Positions 23,374 to 32,149 of a stretch of 64,000 bases of DNA are shown in pieces. How positions within the stretch are numbered: the first letter of the stretch is position 1; every line of letters begins with the position of its first letter. This DNA is from a virus. Location of the stretch: the IMG/VR virus record IMGVR_UViG_3300044801_000208, positions 33,809 to 97,808 of that record. The stretch is one strand, 5' to 3'. The notes beneath the pieces are model-generated. The model saw nothing but the letters and a program-made list of their open reading frames with translations. It did not search any database and was not told the DNA's origin. Made by a program: the position numbers and the translations under genes.

Positions 23374-26300
23374 CTACATTTCGCACGCGCCTGCGGAACA
23401 GGCAAGCTCCTTGGCGGCCGTGGTCATGTCCTCTTTTTCAAAGTCGGGGAGGCGGGCCCAGTCTATGGACGGCTCCCTCCCCCTGAGGCTTAAATACTCG
23501 GCCTGGGTGATTTCCGTGTAGGGTGCCTGGCGGTATATCCCGTTGTCGTGGGGCTGGAAGCTGATCCCGCCGATCAGGTCGAAGTGCTTGAAGCACCAGG
23601 CCAGCACGTCGGTCCACTCGGCCTCGCGGACGTAGATCGTGCAGTTGTGAGTCAAGATGTTTCCCTCTAGCACAAAATGCCCTTCCTCTGGTTCCTCGAC
23701 GCAAAACACAGGCTCTATTTTGTCTGTCTTGCGTACCGCGACAATCTTCCAGAATTTGTCATGCTTAGCCGGTGAGAACCGGGACCGTTTGTCCTCCAGC
23801 ACAAAGAAGTTTTCATCAAGCGTGCCTTTATGTATCCCGACGACATAGCCCGTGTGACCGCCAAAATTCTTGGACCAGCGCTCCCCGATCTGGGTAGATA
23901 CAGCCAGCCCAGCTTTTGGGGCTGCTTCCTGGAGCCAAAGTAAGCTGTCACGAACACTGGACGCCAATGTACATTGCCCGTCCTGCGCTATGTGCCCGTC
24001 TGCGGCAAACCAGCCGCTGATAAACCCCCGCAGGTATTCTGGACTGCTTGTTGTGATGCCGGGCAGGGTCTTCCAGTTGTTTGGGAGCCCATAAAATCTG
24101 ACTTGCCCCACATCTTCCCTTGGGGTCGGCTTATATCCGGCTTGCTCAAACAGCACCGACAGCTTGCGGCTATCACAGCCGTTCGGGTCGTTGCAGAGAT
24201 ATATTTGGCAGGCTTTCGGCTGGCTGGTGCCGTCAGCGGAGGCCGCCACGCGGGCAGCCCCGTCCCCGTACGTGATCCCGTGGAGGACGGCTTGCTTGTC
24301 AAGGCTAACCCGGAAAGCGGGATTAACGGTGACAAACTGCCGCTTGCCGACAAAGCCGTGAATCTTGTCCGTAGGAACCAGCTTTTCCTTGTACCCAGCC
24401 CAGCGCCCGAAAGCGTAAGTCAACGGCCAGAGATGCGAAGCTGTAGTTTCTATCGTATGTTTTGCCCCACATCTCTCCAACTCAACCTCCCAAATGGGCT
24501 GTTTACCGAAACGACGCACAGTGGCATCCTTCCATACGCCTCGTTTGCCGAGCACGCGCACCTTCTCCCCGTCTGAGAATTGGGAGAAGCTTGCCAGCCC
24601 CCGGTCTGTGATAAACCGCGTTTTTCCAGAAAAGCAACTCGGGTTGTGCTCCGTCCAGTGCATCTTGTACGTCTTGTATGTCTCCAGCTGCTCCATGGCC
24701 GTGCGGTCGTTGCGGCACACGCTCGTGTCCGGCGACTCCAGGGCGAAGAAGAACACGTCGGAGTCGTTCGGCTTGTTGAGCTCCGGCTCGGACAGCCAGC
24801 CGATCGCCTTCATGAACTCGTTGACCGGGCTCTTGCGGTCCTCCTGCGTGCCGCGCATGATCCAGCGGGCGTAGCGGGCGTGGATGCCGGGCGAGCAGTT
24901 GACCAGCTGGGACACGGTGCCCGAGGGCTTGATGCAGGTGATGGCGGCGGGGACGGGGATGCCCAGCTTCCCGGCCCACTCCGTGGCGACCTCGATGGTG
25001 TACTCGCGCAGCTCGTCCAGGAACTTCGCCAGCTCGGGGCCGTTCGTGGACATCATGACGTTGTCCATGATGCCCGTGAGGGAGACGCCCAGCAGGCGCT
25101 CCTCCTCCGCGTTCTTCTGCCACTCCTTGCGGAGGTAGCGGAACTCGGTCAGCGTGGACTGGAGGCAGCCGATGATCGTCGCGATGCGGACCTTGCGCCT
25201 GATGGTCGCCTTGGTGTCGTGCGGCCTGATGACGCACTCGGAGAGGTTACAAAATCCTTGAGGACGGAGATTTATCTCACCGCAGTTATGAACATACAAC
25301 CCGTTGGCATCAAAGGCATTGATGCCGGGAATCGAGCAGTCGAATACTTCTTTATCGCCGATGTAGGTAACTGTTTCAACTTTAGAGAAAAACCGCTCAC
25401 GGTTGATTTCCCGTTGGTAGTTCGTCAACGCTGACATCAATTTCTCTTGCTTAGATTCATCCTCAAAGCCTACTACGCTAGCAAATTCTACGAGATTGTC
25501 ATTAGCTATAATAAGTTCATGTTGTGCTTGACAAAAATATTCCTTCGAACCCCCACTGCCATCAGGCAACAAACGCAAACCCGCTTCTCGACGGTCTCTA
25601 TAAATTGCAGAAACTACCCCCAGCCTAGCCAGCATCCGTTGGGCGACTTGCAACCCCGGCAAATCAATTGAAGAAAGGCGAACACTCACTCCCTTAGCTT
25701 GCGTTCCCTGTACAGAACCATCAGCGTCAAACCAACCCCGTAAAAATCCTCGATGAAAGTCGCTGCTAGTGGCCTCGATGTTTGGGGTCAGTTGTTTTGC
25801 TTGCGTAAAGCCGTACTCAGACGCTAAGGTACCCAGTTTTACAGAACCTACTCTGGTTCGATTGCACTGTGGTTGATCATTCCCTTTAAGATCAGAACGT
25901 GCCCCTACGGCTGCATAAACGCGAGCTATAGCGACCTCAACCAGCTCAGAGCGGCTGTCGCCCCAATAATCAAGGTTGGCTTTACCGCTAGACTCTATAT
26001 TGCCATCCCCTTTCAAATTACCTAGAAGCCAACCTTCGTCAAAGGTCCCAACCCCCTTGAACTGGTAATTACGGTGGTTATTCAAAACCACCCGATCCCC
26101 CACCTGTAGATCACTTACACGCTTCCATGAAGTACGCTGAGTCTTTTGGCTTAGGTAATCCATAACCAAAACAAGGTGGTCACCTGTTGCCTCCAACAAA
26201 TAGCCGTGAGTAGTTACCAATTGGTACACGGGTTTTACGCCTGTGAAGAAAAATCCGTCCTCAGTGGATTCATGCTCTTCGCCGTCCACCACGGCGGTAA

Positions 26301-28314
26301 ACTTTTTACCTAATAAATTACCGACTTGATTCGGTCCGTTCGCAGTTGTAATCCACACAGTTTTAGTTAAGCACGGGTTGGTGCCGAACTCGATGCCCTC
26401 CCACTTGCGCCTGCCCGTGCGCTTCGCGGAGTTGATGGCCGCGACGCGGTTGAAGATGCCGCGCTCGCCGGACTTGGACTCGATGAGGGTGAGGAACTCC
26501 TTGATGAAAATCTCCGGCTCGGGCTTCTCCGTGTAGGCCACGGAGTTGTTGGCCAGCCTGCGCCAGGGCGTGGCGCTCGGCTTGTACCACTCGCCCGTCT
26601 TCGCGCCGCGCATGCGGTCGTCGGACAGGTTGGACAGCGACAGCATCGCGCTGCGGCGCACGCCGCCCACGACGACCACGTCGCCGACCATGCACATGAG
26701 GTCGTGGCACTCCAGCGAGCTGAGCCTGCGCCCGGCCGCCTCCTTGAAGAGGCCGACGGTGAACTTGAAGAGGCGCTCCAAGGGCTCGGGGCCGGAGGCG
26801 CGGCCGCCCATGGTCTTGAGAACGGAGCCCGCTGGCCTGACGGCGCTGAGGTCCCAGGTCGGGACGGAGCCGCTGTAGAGGAGGCTGATCAGCTGGCGGA
26901 ACGCGTTGGACCAGCCGATCTTGGAATCCCTTACTTTGATGCAGGTCTCGACGGGATAGAACTTCTCGGCGATCGTGGGGAGGAGGTTGGTGTACTGGCG
27001 CTCGACGGAGAAGCCCACGCCCGTGCCGCACATGCTGAGGTACATCGCCTCGTCGAACGCCCTCGGGTCGTTGACCGCGATGTAGGAGCAGTTTCCGGTG
27101 ACTATCCCCCCGGCGAGCACAAATGTGCTGGTGTCGGGTACCTCAGCGCAAAAGACCTCCTTTTGGTCTCCCGTCTCCTCGACGGCGTCTATCGTGAAAT
27201 AAGACACCAATGGTTTGAAGTTTTCGCGTTTCCGGCTGCACAGGAAATCCTCCTCCACCATGGAGCTCCGGCTGAATCGCACCACGTATGAGTCTTTTTT
27301 GCGTTTTCCGTAGTTTGTTTCCGCCTTCTGCTTATGAAACCCCTGGACGACGCATCCGAGTCTTTCGGAGTTCAGCAGCAGCCACTCCAGCCCCTCGGCG
27401 GCGGTGCAAAGAGACACTGAGCCGCTCCCTCTGTTCACCGAACCGTCGGCGGCCATCCATCCGCGAATAAACCCCAGTAGGTACGACTCTGTTTCGGACA
27501 TCGGGGGGAGTTCTTTCAGCGCGTGGGTTGCCGCAAAATCGTCGTACAGCATAACTACCGGATCGCCGCCGAACGACGGTGGGTAGCACACGGGGTACCC
27601 CTCGAAATGCACCAGCAGCTCCCGGCTATCCCCGCAGAGGCGGATGTGCCAGCCCTTTACGCGTTTGCACGATTTGGTCGCGGTGCCGTCTCCGTATATG
27701 AGCCCGTGCCTCACCCCGAGCGGGTAGTCGTCGTCAATTTCCGGTTTTAGGGCGCGCGTGAACGGCACCCTGTCTTTTCGCTGAAGGCCGCTTGTGGGGA
27801 CGACTCTGCCGTCCGTCAGCAGCCAGCGGTGGTTGGCTGAGCATTCGACTGTTTTTTCCGTGTTTGAGTTGAGTTTCAGCTTGACGTTAAACGTGGGCTG
27901 TTTTCCGTAACCGTGAATCGCGGCCTCCGCCCACGCCCCGTTGGAGTTAACCACGGTGACGGATTCGCCCGCGACGGCTTGTATCTCCACGTTCCCGTGC
28001 TCGCGGGTGACGATTCTCGTCTCCCCCACGACAGGGTTGTACCCGGCGGCGTTGTCCTTCTCCAGCGCGGGGCCCGCCGTCATCATCGCCCGCATGGAGG
28101 GCATGACCTCCATGTGGTAGATCGCCTTCTCAAGCTCGGAGGCCGTCGCCTCGCGGTCGGCCTTGGGGATGCGCGGCGAAAAGAAGGACACGTAACGGCT
28201 TACCGTCTCGTCCCAGTGCTCCCTCCTGCCCTTTTCTTCCACCCAGCGTGCGTATCTCGACTTGTGTATGAAGGCGGAGTAGGTAGACATCTCGAACGGA
28301 GATTTGGACACCAT
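23374..28314 (-). CDS. nrdJ: Class II (adenosylcobalamin) ribonucleotide reductase with three inteins; about 637 aa of exteins
   Basis: SRYARW, PSMR, YN|CSY, GTGVGFS, GGVRRSA, TNP|CGEI, CNLSE, IKPSGTVSQL, C-terminal CSAGACEM. Confidence 0.92.
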   Translation of the reverse strand: MVSKSPFEMSTYSAFIHKSRYARWVEEKGRREHWDETVSRYVSFFSPRIPKADREATASELEKAIYHMEVMPSMRAMMTAGPALEKDNAAGYNPVVGETRIVTREHGNVEIQAVAGESVTVVNSNGAWAEAAIHGYGKQPTFNVKLKLNSNTEKTVECSANHRWLLTDGRVVPTSGLQRKDRVPFTRALKPEIDDDYPLGVRHGLIYGDGTATKSCKRVKGWHIRLCGDSRELLVHFEGYPVCYPPSFGGDPVVMLYDDFAATHALKELPPMSETESYLLGFIRGWMAADGSVNRGSGSVSLCTAAEGLEWLLLNSERLGCVVQGFHKQKAETNYGKRKKDSYVVRFSRSSMVEEDFLCSRKRENFKPLVSYFTIDAVEETGDQKEVFCAEVPDTSTFVLAGGIVTGNCSYIAVNDPRAFDEAMYLSMCGTGVGFSVERQYTNLLPTIAEKFYPVETCIKVRDSKIGWSNAFRQLISLLYSGSVPTWDLSAVRPAGSVLKTMGGRASGPEPLERLFKFTVGLFKEAAGRRLSSLECHDLMCMVGDVVVVGGVRRSAMLSLSNLSDDRMRGAKTGEWYKPSATPWRRLANNSVAYTEKPEPEIFIKEFLTLIESKSGERGIFNRVAAINSAKRTGRRKWEGIEFGTNPCLTKTVWITTANGPNQVGNLLGKKFTAVVDGEEHESTEDGFFFTGVKPVYQLVTTHGYLLEATGDHLVLVMDYLSQKTQRTSWKRVSDLQVGDRVVLNNHRNYQFKGVGTFDEGWLLGNLKGDGNIESSGKANLDYWGDSRSELVEVAIARVYAAVGARSDLKGNDQPQCNRTRVGSVKLGTLASEYGFTQAKQLTPNIEATSSDFHRGFLRGWFDADGSVQGTQAKGVSVRLSSIDLPGLQVAQRMLARLGVVSAIYRDRREAGLRLLPDGSGGSKEYFCQAQHELIIANDNLVEFASVVGFEDESKQEKLMSALTNYQREINRERFFSKVETVTYIGDKEVFDCSIPGINAFDANGLYVHNCGEINLRPQGFCNLSECVIRPHDTKATIRRKVRIATIIGCLQSTLTEFRYLRKEWQKNAEEERLLGVSLTGIMDNVMMSTNGPELAKFLDELREYTIEVATEWAGKLGIPVPAAITCIKPSGTVSQLVNCSPGIHARYARWIMRGTQEDRKSPVNEFMKAIGWLSEPELNKPNDSDVFFFALESPDTSVCRNDRTAMEQLETYKTYKMHWTEHNPSCFSGKTRFITDRGLASFSQFSDGEKVRVLGKRGVWKDATVRRFGKQPIWEVELERCGAKHTIETTASHLWPLTYAFGRWAGYKEKLVPTDKIHGFVGKRQFVTVNPAFRVSLDKQAVLHGITYGDGAARVAASADGTSQPKACQIYLCNDPNGCDSRKLSVLFEQAGYKPTPREDVGQVRFYGLPNNWKTLPGITTSSPEYLRGFISGWFAADGHIAQDGQCTLASSVRDSLLWLQEAAPKAGLAVSTQIGERWSKNFGGHTGYVVGIHKGTLDENFFVLEDKRSRFSPAKHDKFWKIVAVRKTDKIEPVFCVEEPEEGHFVLEGNILTHNCTIYVREAEWTDVLAWCFKHFDLIGGISFQPHDNGIYRQAPYTEITQAEYLSLRGREPSIDWARLPDFEKEDMTTAAKELACSAGACEM
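23644..24636 (-). mobile_element. RNR intein 3, LAGLIDADG
   Basis: CFSGKTRF...FISGWFAADG...ILTHN|C. Confidence 0.92.
25285..26373 (-). mobile_element. RNR intein 2, LAGLIDADG
   Basis: CLTKTVWI...FLRGWFDADG...LYVHN|C; AT-rich. Confidence 0.92.
27091..28035 (-). mobile_element. RNR intein 1, Pro1 class-3 type, LAGLIDADG
   Basis: PVVGETRI...SANHRW...VFCAEV...IVTGN|C. Confidence 0.85.
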
Positions 28315-28799
28315 TAGGCGGCCTTCCCGTACGATTTCGTCTTGCCGTTCAGGGCCCGCCAGGTCGTCATCGTAGCCGTGTTCATCCGCTCCGCTATCGT
28401 CGAGTACGTAAGGCCTTGAGCACGCATGGCGAAGACCGAATCGATTTGTTGGGGGCTCAAAACTGTGTGCTGAGGGACGCCATAGCACTGAATGTTGAAG
28501 AGCTTTGCGCCGCTGTTCTTGTTTTCTTCGGTCAGCTCAGCCTCAATTTTCCGCGCTGACCTGTTGTCAAGGCTTTGAGCGGCGATGACGACGTAGTCAG
28601 CCGGGGTGTACCCGGCGTTGAGTAAGCCTTGAATCCAGGTCTGGTGTTCTTTCGTGCGGTTTCCTCGTCCGCTGGGGCTAGACGAGCTTCCGATAGCCCA
28701 AGCGCGTCCGCCTGTGCCTTTGCCGACGTACACAACTTCTTTTGTTTCAGGGTGAATGTGAAGGTAGACGTAGAATCTATTGCCTGACCTGCTGACCAT
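28314..28799 (-). CDS. GIY-YIG-like endonuclease with C-terminal HTH
   Basis: FYVYLH...VVYVGKGTGGRA; KLFN. Confidence 0.8.
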   Translation of the reverse strand: MVSRSGNRFYVYLHIHPETKEVVYVGKGTGGRAWAIGSSSSPSGRGNRTKEHQTWIQGLLNAGYTPADYVVIAAQSLDNRSARKIEAELTEENKNSGAKLFNIQCYGVPQHTVLSPQQIDSVFAMRAQGLTYSTIAERMNTATMTTWRALNGKTKSYGKAA

Positions 28800-28831
28800 G
28801 GGGGAATCTCTTTCCTATGAGGGGACAACGT

Positions 28832-30030
28832 TTGATGCTCCCAGAGCAAGCTCTGGGATTCTTAGGCTACGCATAGCACAGTTCTGCTTACGTTGACGCC
28901 CAAGGGCTCCATCCGAGCCCACTTTGTTTTAGCCCTCGCCAGTATGCGTTTGGAGGCGTTGGTATCGCTGTGATCTTCGTGGTTACAGAAGATGCACTTG
29001 AACTTCTCACCCTTCCGATTATCTGGATGTGATCTCTCACATTTGTCGCATTCCTGGCTTGTGTACTGCGGTGGAACGATTCCTATAGTCCTGCCAGCGC
29101 TTTCAGCCTTGTAGGACGTGAACCATCTCCACATGCTCCAACCTGCGTCCAGAATCTGTTTCGGCAAATACCCGGCCATGTTTTGGACCCGCAAGTTTTC
29201 CATCGCTATGAACCCAAATTTTTTGACGATCTTCGTCGTCTCTTTATGCAAAAAGTCCAGGCGTTTGCTCCTGATCTTTTCGTGCAGTTTCCGAAGCAGG
29301 ATTACAGCTTTGGCTCGACTATGAGACTTCTTGTTCTTGCGTCTCGCAAGCCTACGTTGAGCAATCCTTAACTCGGGTTGGGCGTTCTCGTAGATTCTTG
29401 GGTTCTCCACAAAAGTCCCGTCGCTCAGGGCGGCGAACTTCGTGATCCCAAGATCAATGCCGGCCTCAAAGTCAGACACTGGCAATGGCGTGGGCTCGTG
29501 CTCAAAAGTGAGGATGGCGAACAGTCCGTTGACCGTGTTCAGGATGGTGCATGTTTTTATCTCGGCATCCTTCGGAAGTTCCCTGCTCAACCTGAGTTTG
29601 ACGTTCCCGATCTTGGACAAACTCAAGATATTGCCGTTGAGCGAAAATCCACTTTGGGGGTAGGTGAACGAGTTGTAGCGTCTCGCCGACTTGTATCTGG
29701 GGAATCCAAACCCCCGCCTGAAGAAGCCATTGAATGTCTTGTCCAACCTGTCCAAGACATTCTGTAGGACTTGGGAATACACATTCTTGAGGACTGGAAA
29801 AGTTGCCTTGAGTCCTGGGAGTTCCTTGTCCTGGTCAAATCTACGGCACGTGTTTCCACTCCTGTGGTTGAGGTTCCGTTGGAACAACGAGTCGTTGTAG
29901 AGGTCTCGGCACACATCTAGGGTTCTGGCAATGGCGTATCTCTTCGCCTTGTTCGCCACAATTTTGTATTTGTGTGCTTTTAGCATCATTGTCTAATACT
30001 CCAAACGACGCCCCTGGGCTTTCGGGGCTA
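28832..30030 (-). mobile_element. IS200/IS605-family TnpB-only element
   Basis: Right end GAATCCCAGAGC-TT-GCTCTGGGAGCATCAA; left hairpin GCCCC/GGGGC; no tnpA. Confidence 0.75.
28862..29989 (-). CDS. tnpB: TnpB RNA-guided endonuclease
   Basis: CRDLYN, GFPRYK, GIDLG, AMENL, YTSQECDKC..CIFC, DTNAS; RuvC D-E-D triad present. Confidence 0.95.
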   Translation of the reverse strand: MMLKAHKYKIVANKAKRYAIARTLDVCRDLYNDSLFQRNLNHRSGNTCRRFDQDKELPGLKATFPVLKNVYSQVLQNVLDRLDKTFNGFFRRGFGFPRYKSARRYNSFTYPQSGFSLNGNILSLSKIGNVKLRLSRELPKDAEIKTCTILNTVNGLFAILTFEHEPTPLPVSDFEAGIDLGITKFAALSDGTFVENPRIYENAQPELRIAQRRLARRKNKKSHSRAKAVILLRKLHEKIRSKRLDFLHKETTKIVKKFGFIAMENLRVQNMAGYLPKQILDAGWSMWRWFTSYKAESAGRTIGIVPPQYTSQECDKCERSHPDNRKGEKFKCIFCNHEDHSDTNASKRILARAKTKWARMEPLGVNVSRTVLCVA

Positions 30031-30194
30031 AAATGGTAATACTGATTTGGGCGACATCTACGGGCTGGCTAGCGAGGAAAAATCTCGTTGGCGATCAGAA
30101 CTTCGATGTGCGGGAAACCAGCGTGTTTACAGGCTTTTTCGCAGATTGGTCCGGGAGGGCTAAAACGAAATTGCAAGTGCTGGTGCGTTTTTCG

Positions 30195-30620
30195 CTACGC
30201 GGATTTCTTCATCGACGTCCGCACTCCCTGCTTGATCCCATCCTCGACGTTCTTCTTTCGGGCCGAGAGCCAGGCGGCCTTGCGTTGCGCGGGCGTGAGC
30301 TCTTCGTATGCTCTAACCTCTTCGGTGTACTGCTTTATGTCTGTCGCGTTGAACTGAAACCACTCGCCGCGAAGATGCTTCGCCTTGAACCTGGTGTGGA
30401 GGAACGCCTCAAGCTCGCTGTAGTGCGCCGCCTCGGTCAGGGAGATAACCTCTAATTCAACGGGGCAATTTATGGAAATCGATCGTATGCGAAAAGTGGG
30501 GTCAGCGGACTTGCCGATCTTAAACCAGCCGTGCTCTCGGTTGCCAACTAAGTAGACGAATCCCATATCACTCGTAGCTGCATCTGCACTCGACAGCCTC
30601 TTGGGGAAATTATTTTTCAC
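30195..30620 (-). CDS. T5orf172/GIY-YIG domain protein
   Basis: GFVYL..WFKIGKS, E.FLH, GEWF. Confidence 0.85.
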   Translation of the reverse strand: MKNNFPKRLSSADAATSDMGFVYLVGNREHGWFKIGKSADPTFRIRSISINCPVELEVISLTEAAHYSELEAFLHTRFKAKHLRGEWFQFNATDIKQYTEEVRAYEELTPAQRKAAWLSARKKNVEDGIKQGVRTSMKKSA

Positions 30621-30635
30621 AGTGCCCCTGCGTTT

Positions 30636-31319
30636 TTACTCTTTCACGCAGTCGCAGACGACGGAGAGCTCTAGCCTCTCGTTGACCGGGTCGCCCGGGT
30701 ACTGCGACACGTAGCGGTAGCCGTCGCCCTTGCACTTCTGGCAGTCGTCCTTGGCGAGCCACTTGACGACGTACGGGTTCGTCTCGGGGTCGCCGATCTC
30801 CTCGCGGATGCGCTTCCTCTCCGCCTCGTTCGCGGGCTTCCTTGCGATGATCCTCTGCACGACCGGGTGCTGCTCCCCGTCGATGTGGCGCGTGTGGGTC
30901 TTCAGGAGCGTGTCGCGGTAGTCGAAGTTCTCGGGCGTGGAGGCGTCCATCTTGTCCGCGTTGCGCCGGACGAAGGCGCGGTTGCTGCAATTCGCCCTGT
31001 ACCAGGGGTCCTTCTGCACGTCGAGGAGGAAGATGATACAGTTGCGCATCCTCTCGGCCGAGTGCGGGGGCACGTCCTCGTTCCAGTTGCGGATGCCGAC
31101 GAAGACGTCTAGTTTCGCGTTGGCGGCGGGCACGTACTGCGTGGCGGCGTCCGGGTTGTAGGCCTCGTTCCTGACGATCGCCAGGCAGCGGGCGGCCATC
31201 GTGTCCCTCGACGCGGCGGGGAGGTTCGCCATCTCGACGCGGTCCTGCTGCGGGATCGCGTTCCACTCGCCCCGCGTCCCCTTGAACCAGCCCGGCGCTG
31301 CTTTCTGTTTCTCTGGCAT
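30636..31319 (-). CDS. Hypothetical replication-module protein with C-terminal Zn finger
   Basis: CQKCKGDG...CDC. Confidence 0.65.
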   Translation of the reverse strand: MPEKQKAAPGWFKGTRGEWNAIPQQDRVEMANLPAASRDTMAARCLAIVRNEAYNPDAATQYVPAANAKLDVFVGIRNWNEDVPPHSAERMRNCIIFLLDVQKDPWYRANCSNRAFVRRNADKMDASTPENFDYRDTLLKTHTRHIDGEQHPVVQRIIARKPANEAERKRIREEIGDPETNPYVVKWLAKDDCQKCKGDGYRYVSQYPGDPVNERLELSVVCDCVKE

Positions 31320-31321
31320 GC

Positions 31322-32149
31322 TCACCTTTTGCCCCCCGACACCGCGCTCTTGCACTTCGCAAGGACGTAGCGATTGTACTGCGCGGGCAGCTTGTTGTCC
31401 GCGTCCTCGCCCTCGAAGCCGTGGACCAGGTGCTTGGCGAACGCCCTGGAGCCCGGCGTGCGGTTCTTCCAGAACCCGTTGGTGAGGGCGAACTGGACGC
31501 AGCCCCGCATCCACGCGACGTCGAGGCCCCTCTGCTTCAATACCGTGTGGATGTCCCTGACGACCTCCTCCGGGAGCTGCGTCCCCGCCCCGAACTCCTC
31601 GTGCAGCGGCGTCCAGCAGGGAAGGTCGAAGGCGGGGACCTCGGCGTCCTCCCATAGAATCTCCGTCCGCCCCCCGCACGCGCCCCCGGCGACAGCCGGG
31701 GTCTCTGTTGACTGACTAACTAGCCCGCTAACTGACAAGTCTCTCTCGTTCTCGTTCTCAAGCGGTAGCGGCTCTCCCTCTCCCTCTCCGCCCGTTTTTT
31801 CACCTATCTCATTTTTAAGTTGCTCATTGCAGGGGATTAAAAACCCGAGTGATGTAAGCGTGCTGACTGCGAGAGGTAGGTGTGCCCTCTCCCTGGGTAG
31901 TATGTGAAGTGCGCCTGCTATGTATGTGATGTCGTTCTGTATGAGGCGTGCGCGAGTCCGGCCCACCAGTCGGCACAGCCCTTGGAGCACCTCGCGCTGG
32001 TACATGGTGAGCGAGCGGAACTCCGCGTCGTCCTCGCGGTCGCAGTAGTCCCTGATCCACGGGAGGACCGCGTCCTTGCTCCTCAGTCTGTTGTCCGGCT
32101 GGTACCTGTGCCAGTTCTTGATCGCCAGGTACTTGTGCTTCTCGCTCAT
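31322..32149 (-). CDS. Putative replication initiator/replisome organiser
   Basis: IKNWHRYQ motif, low-complexity GEGEGE/ENENE linker, position after the helicase. Confidence 0.55.
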   Translation of the reverse strand: MSEKHKYLAIKNWHRYQPDNRLRSKDAVLPWIRDYCDREDDAEFRSLTMYQREVLQGLCRLVGRTRARLIQNDITYIAGALHILPRERAHLPLAVSTLTSLGFLIPCNEQLKNEIGEKTGGEGEGEPLPLENENERDLSVSGLVSQSTETPAVAGGACGGRTEILWEDAEVPAFDLPCWTPLHEEFGAGTQLPEEVVRDIHTVLKQRGLDVAWMRGCVQFALTNGFWKNRTPGSRAFAKHLVHGFEGEDADNKLPAQYNRYVLAKCKSAVSGGKR

